A stretch of 64,000 nucleotides of DNA, taken from contig OY762007.1 of NCBI GenBank assembly GCA_963665115.1, forward strand, positions 3,552,001 to 3,616,000, written 5' to 3'. The translations under genes and the position numbers were made by a program. This DNA is from an uncultured Rivularia sp. GTDB lineage: Bacteria > Cyanobacteriota > Cyanobacteriia > Cyanobacteriales > Nostocaceae. Below are positions 62,136-64,000 of this stretch, piece after piece. The notes under the pieces are model-generated. The model was not told where the DNA came from, did not search any database, and worked only from the letters and a program-made list of their open reading frames with translations. Position 1 is the first letter of the stretch; each line of letters begins with the position of its first letter.

Positions 62136-62337
62136 TGATTGGGCATGGGGCATGGGGCATGGGAAGATGCAAGGGGACAGAGGGGGAAAAGAGGAAGAGA
62201 CAGGAGCAAAATTTTTACTAGGGAGCGAGACGCTCCCACTACATTCTTTTTATTTTTAACTTCTAATTTTCCCCAATTACCAATCCCCAATCCCCAATTA
62301 CCAATCTAAAATCTAAAATCTAAAATCCAAAATTATC

Positions 62338-63279
62338 ATGAGTCAAGTTTCACAAACAGGGTTGCAAAGTAATTGGCTTTACGCTTTTTGGAAGTTTTCT
62401 CGTCCTCATACTATTTATGGTACGAGTTTGAGCGTGTTGGGATTGTATGTAATTGCTGTTGCTTTAACTAATCGCGAATTTCCATTCCCGAATTATTATT
62501 CCTTGTTGTCTGTTGTAGGTGCTTGGATTGCTTGTTTGTTGGGAAATGTTTATATTGTCGGACTTAATCAACTCCAAGATGTAGAAATCGACAAAATTAA
62601 TAAACCTCATTTACCTGTTGCTTCTGGAGAGTTTACGCAACGCACGGGAGAAATTATTGTAATTCTTACGGGTGTTTTTGCGCTTTCTTTGTCTTGGTTG
62701 CTCGGACCTTTTTTATTCGGGATGGTGGCTATTAGTTTAGCTATCGGTACGGCTTATTCTTTACCACCAATTCGTTTAAAACGGTTTCCTTTTTTTGCCG
62801 CAATTTGTATTTTTTCAGTTAGAGGGGCAATTGTTAATTTAGGATTGTTTTTGCATTTTTCTTGGGTACTGCAAGCTAAACAATCAATTCCACTTGTTGT
62901 ATATGCTCTAACCTGGTTTATTTTAGTATTTACAATCGCGATCGCAATCTTTAAAGATATCCCCGACATGGAAGGCGATCGCCAGTACAACATCACCACT
63001 TTCACTATCAAGTTAGGCAAGGAAAAGGTTTTTAATCTCTCTCGCTGGCTATTAACTGCTTGTTACGCTGGTATGATTTTGTTAGGACTGCTGAACTTTG
63101 CAGGGGTGAACTCAATATTTATCGTATCAGTTCATTTTCTGATTTTAGGTTTTATGTGGTGGCGCACTCAGCAAACCGATTTACAAGATAAAAGTTCTAT
63201 CGCAAGTGCTTACAAATTTATTTGGAAGTTGTTTTATCTTGAATATCTACTTTTTCCTATTTCTTGTTTGTTGAGTTAA
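62338..63279 (+). CDS. hpt: Homogentisate phytyltransferase (UbiA family)
   Basis: KFSRPHT, NVYIVGLNQL.DVEIDKINKP.LP.ASG, AYSLPPIRLKR, FKDIPDMEGD, FIWKLFY.EY. Confidence 0.92.
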   Translation: MSQVSQTGLQSNWLYAFWKFSRPHTIYGTSLSVLGLYVIAVALTNREFPFPNYYSLLSVVGAWIACLLGNVYIVGLNQLQDVEIDKINKPHLPVASGEFTQRTGEIIVILTGVFALSLSWLLGPFLFGMVAISLAIGTAYSLPPIRLKRFPFFAAICIFSVRGAIVNLGLFLHFSWVLQAKQSIPLVVYALTWFILVFTIAIAIFKDIPDMEGDRQYNITTFTIKLGKEKVFNLSRWLLTACYAGMILLGLLNFAGVNSIFIVSVHFLILGFMWWRTQQTDLQDKSSIASAYKFIWKLFYLEYLLFPISCLLS

Positions 63280-63348
63280 AGCAGCTAATATTTACCCACA
63301 TCCATCGAGTAATGAAATTAAGAGTCTAATAGCGAAAGTCCTATAAAT

Positions 63349-63764
63349 CTGATATCTTGCATCAATGTCGTTAAGCCCTTCACAACCACCTTGTAAGCCG
63401 GAGGCTTTCTAGCCCGCACGCGACCCGGGAACGCAGAGAAATAAATTTCAAGGCTAATATACAAAGTACGTTAAAACGCACTAAAATCCTTTCCCAGTCT
63501 GATTTATCAGACTTAGTATATAAGCATGATAATTTATTCTAAGGCGATTGTGAAAGGGAGCATCCCAATTTTGCACAAAGCCCGCAGGCTATAAGCCTGG
63601 GGCTACTACTACTAAGCCCACCTGCGTGGGCTGGTAATTCTCATAGCCCACGCAGGTGGGCTTCGTTTGCGTAGCCGCACCCTTCCAGGGTGTAGGATAA
63701 AGTATTTATTCAAATTTGGGATGCTCCCTTGTGAAAGCTAATTGATAAAGGTGCAAGATATCAG
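63349..63764. mobile_element. MITE family B containing a nested MITE (63556-63728) that itself carries REP-like repeats
   Basis: Outer CTGATATCTTGCA/TGCAAGATATCAG with ATAAAT duplication; inner GGGAGCATCCCAA/TTGGGATGCTCCC with TTGTGAAA duplication. Confidence 0.88.
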
Positions 63765-63831
63765 ATAAATAGGAATACAATCTTTTTTGTAATAATCTAT
63801 TATTGTGTAACTCATAACTATACCAAATATT

Positions 63832-64000
63832 ATGTTAGAAAATTTGCAATTCAATACTATTATTCCTGCTCTTATAGTTATTTCGAGTATTTCCCTTTTG
63901 ATCTATTTTGCTGTAAAAACTTTAAGAACTTCTAATTTATTTCAAAAAGGACTAGATTTATATCAACAAAAAGACTATGAAAATGCAGAAGCTGTTTTTC
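63832..64000 (+). CDS. 5' part of a membrane-anchored TPR protein (runs off the window)
   Basis: MLENLQFNTIIPALIVISSISLLIYFAVKTLRTSNLFQKGLDLYQQKDYENAEAVF: TM then TPR-like helix, no stop before the window end. Confidence 0.7.
   Translation, partial: MLENLQFNTIIPALIVISSISLLIYFAVKTLRTSNLFQKGLDLYQQKDYENAEAVF

Overview
AT-rich chromosomal window of a filamentous, most likely heterocyst-forming cyanobacterium (Nostocales-like). The basis is frequent HIP1 GCGATCGC octamers, STRR heptamer tandem repeats and cyanobacterial gene content; the taxon is inferred, not searched. Most of the window is core or semi-core genes: the end of an EPS locus (GT4, WecB, Tat-exported GH10, priming sugar transferase), radC, a PRK paralogue, cbiG-cobJ, menH, an InrS-type repressor, HtrA, dapB, sufE, COG0523+WD40, fetB, DegT, Tab2, TldD/PmbA, ClC, a porin, cobH, ktrAB and the tocopherol genes. 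The standout is 46.8-53.6 kb, a membrane-anchored ternary conflict system: EAD-inactive STAND, MoxR AAA+, split vWA and FGS/CLec sensor, then Uma2 and a caspase-like CHAT protease. The CHAT protein carries the same ~50-aa N-terminal adaptor as the iSTAND protein. The 3' end of the FGS gene looks like a diversity-generating retroelement (DGR) variable region with a downstream GAA-loop hairpin, although no RT or template repeat was seen in the window. Other candidates are a PGRP amidase/lipoprotein cassette, an orphan + Cys6 protein + short deformylase cassette, two exported GCxCxxC mini-proteins bracketing a metal-homeostasis block, a putative permuted papain-like protein, and nested MITE/REP/SDR elements with visible target-site duplications. 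Seven conserved genes carry frameshifts; six lie in homopolymers and are probably assembly errors. No rRNA, tRNA or CRISPR array was recognised.
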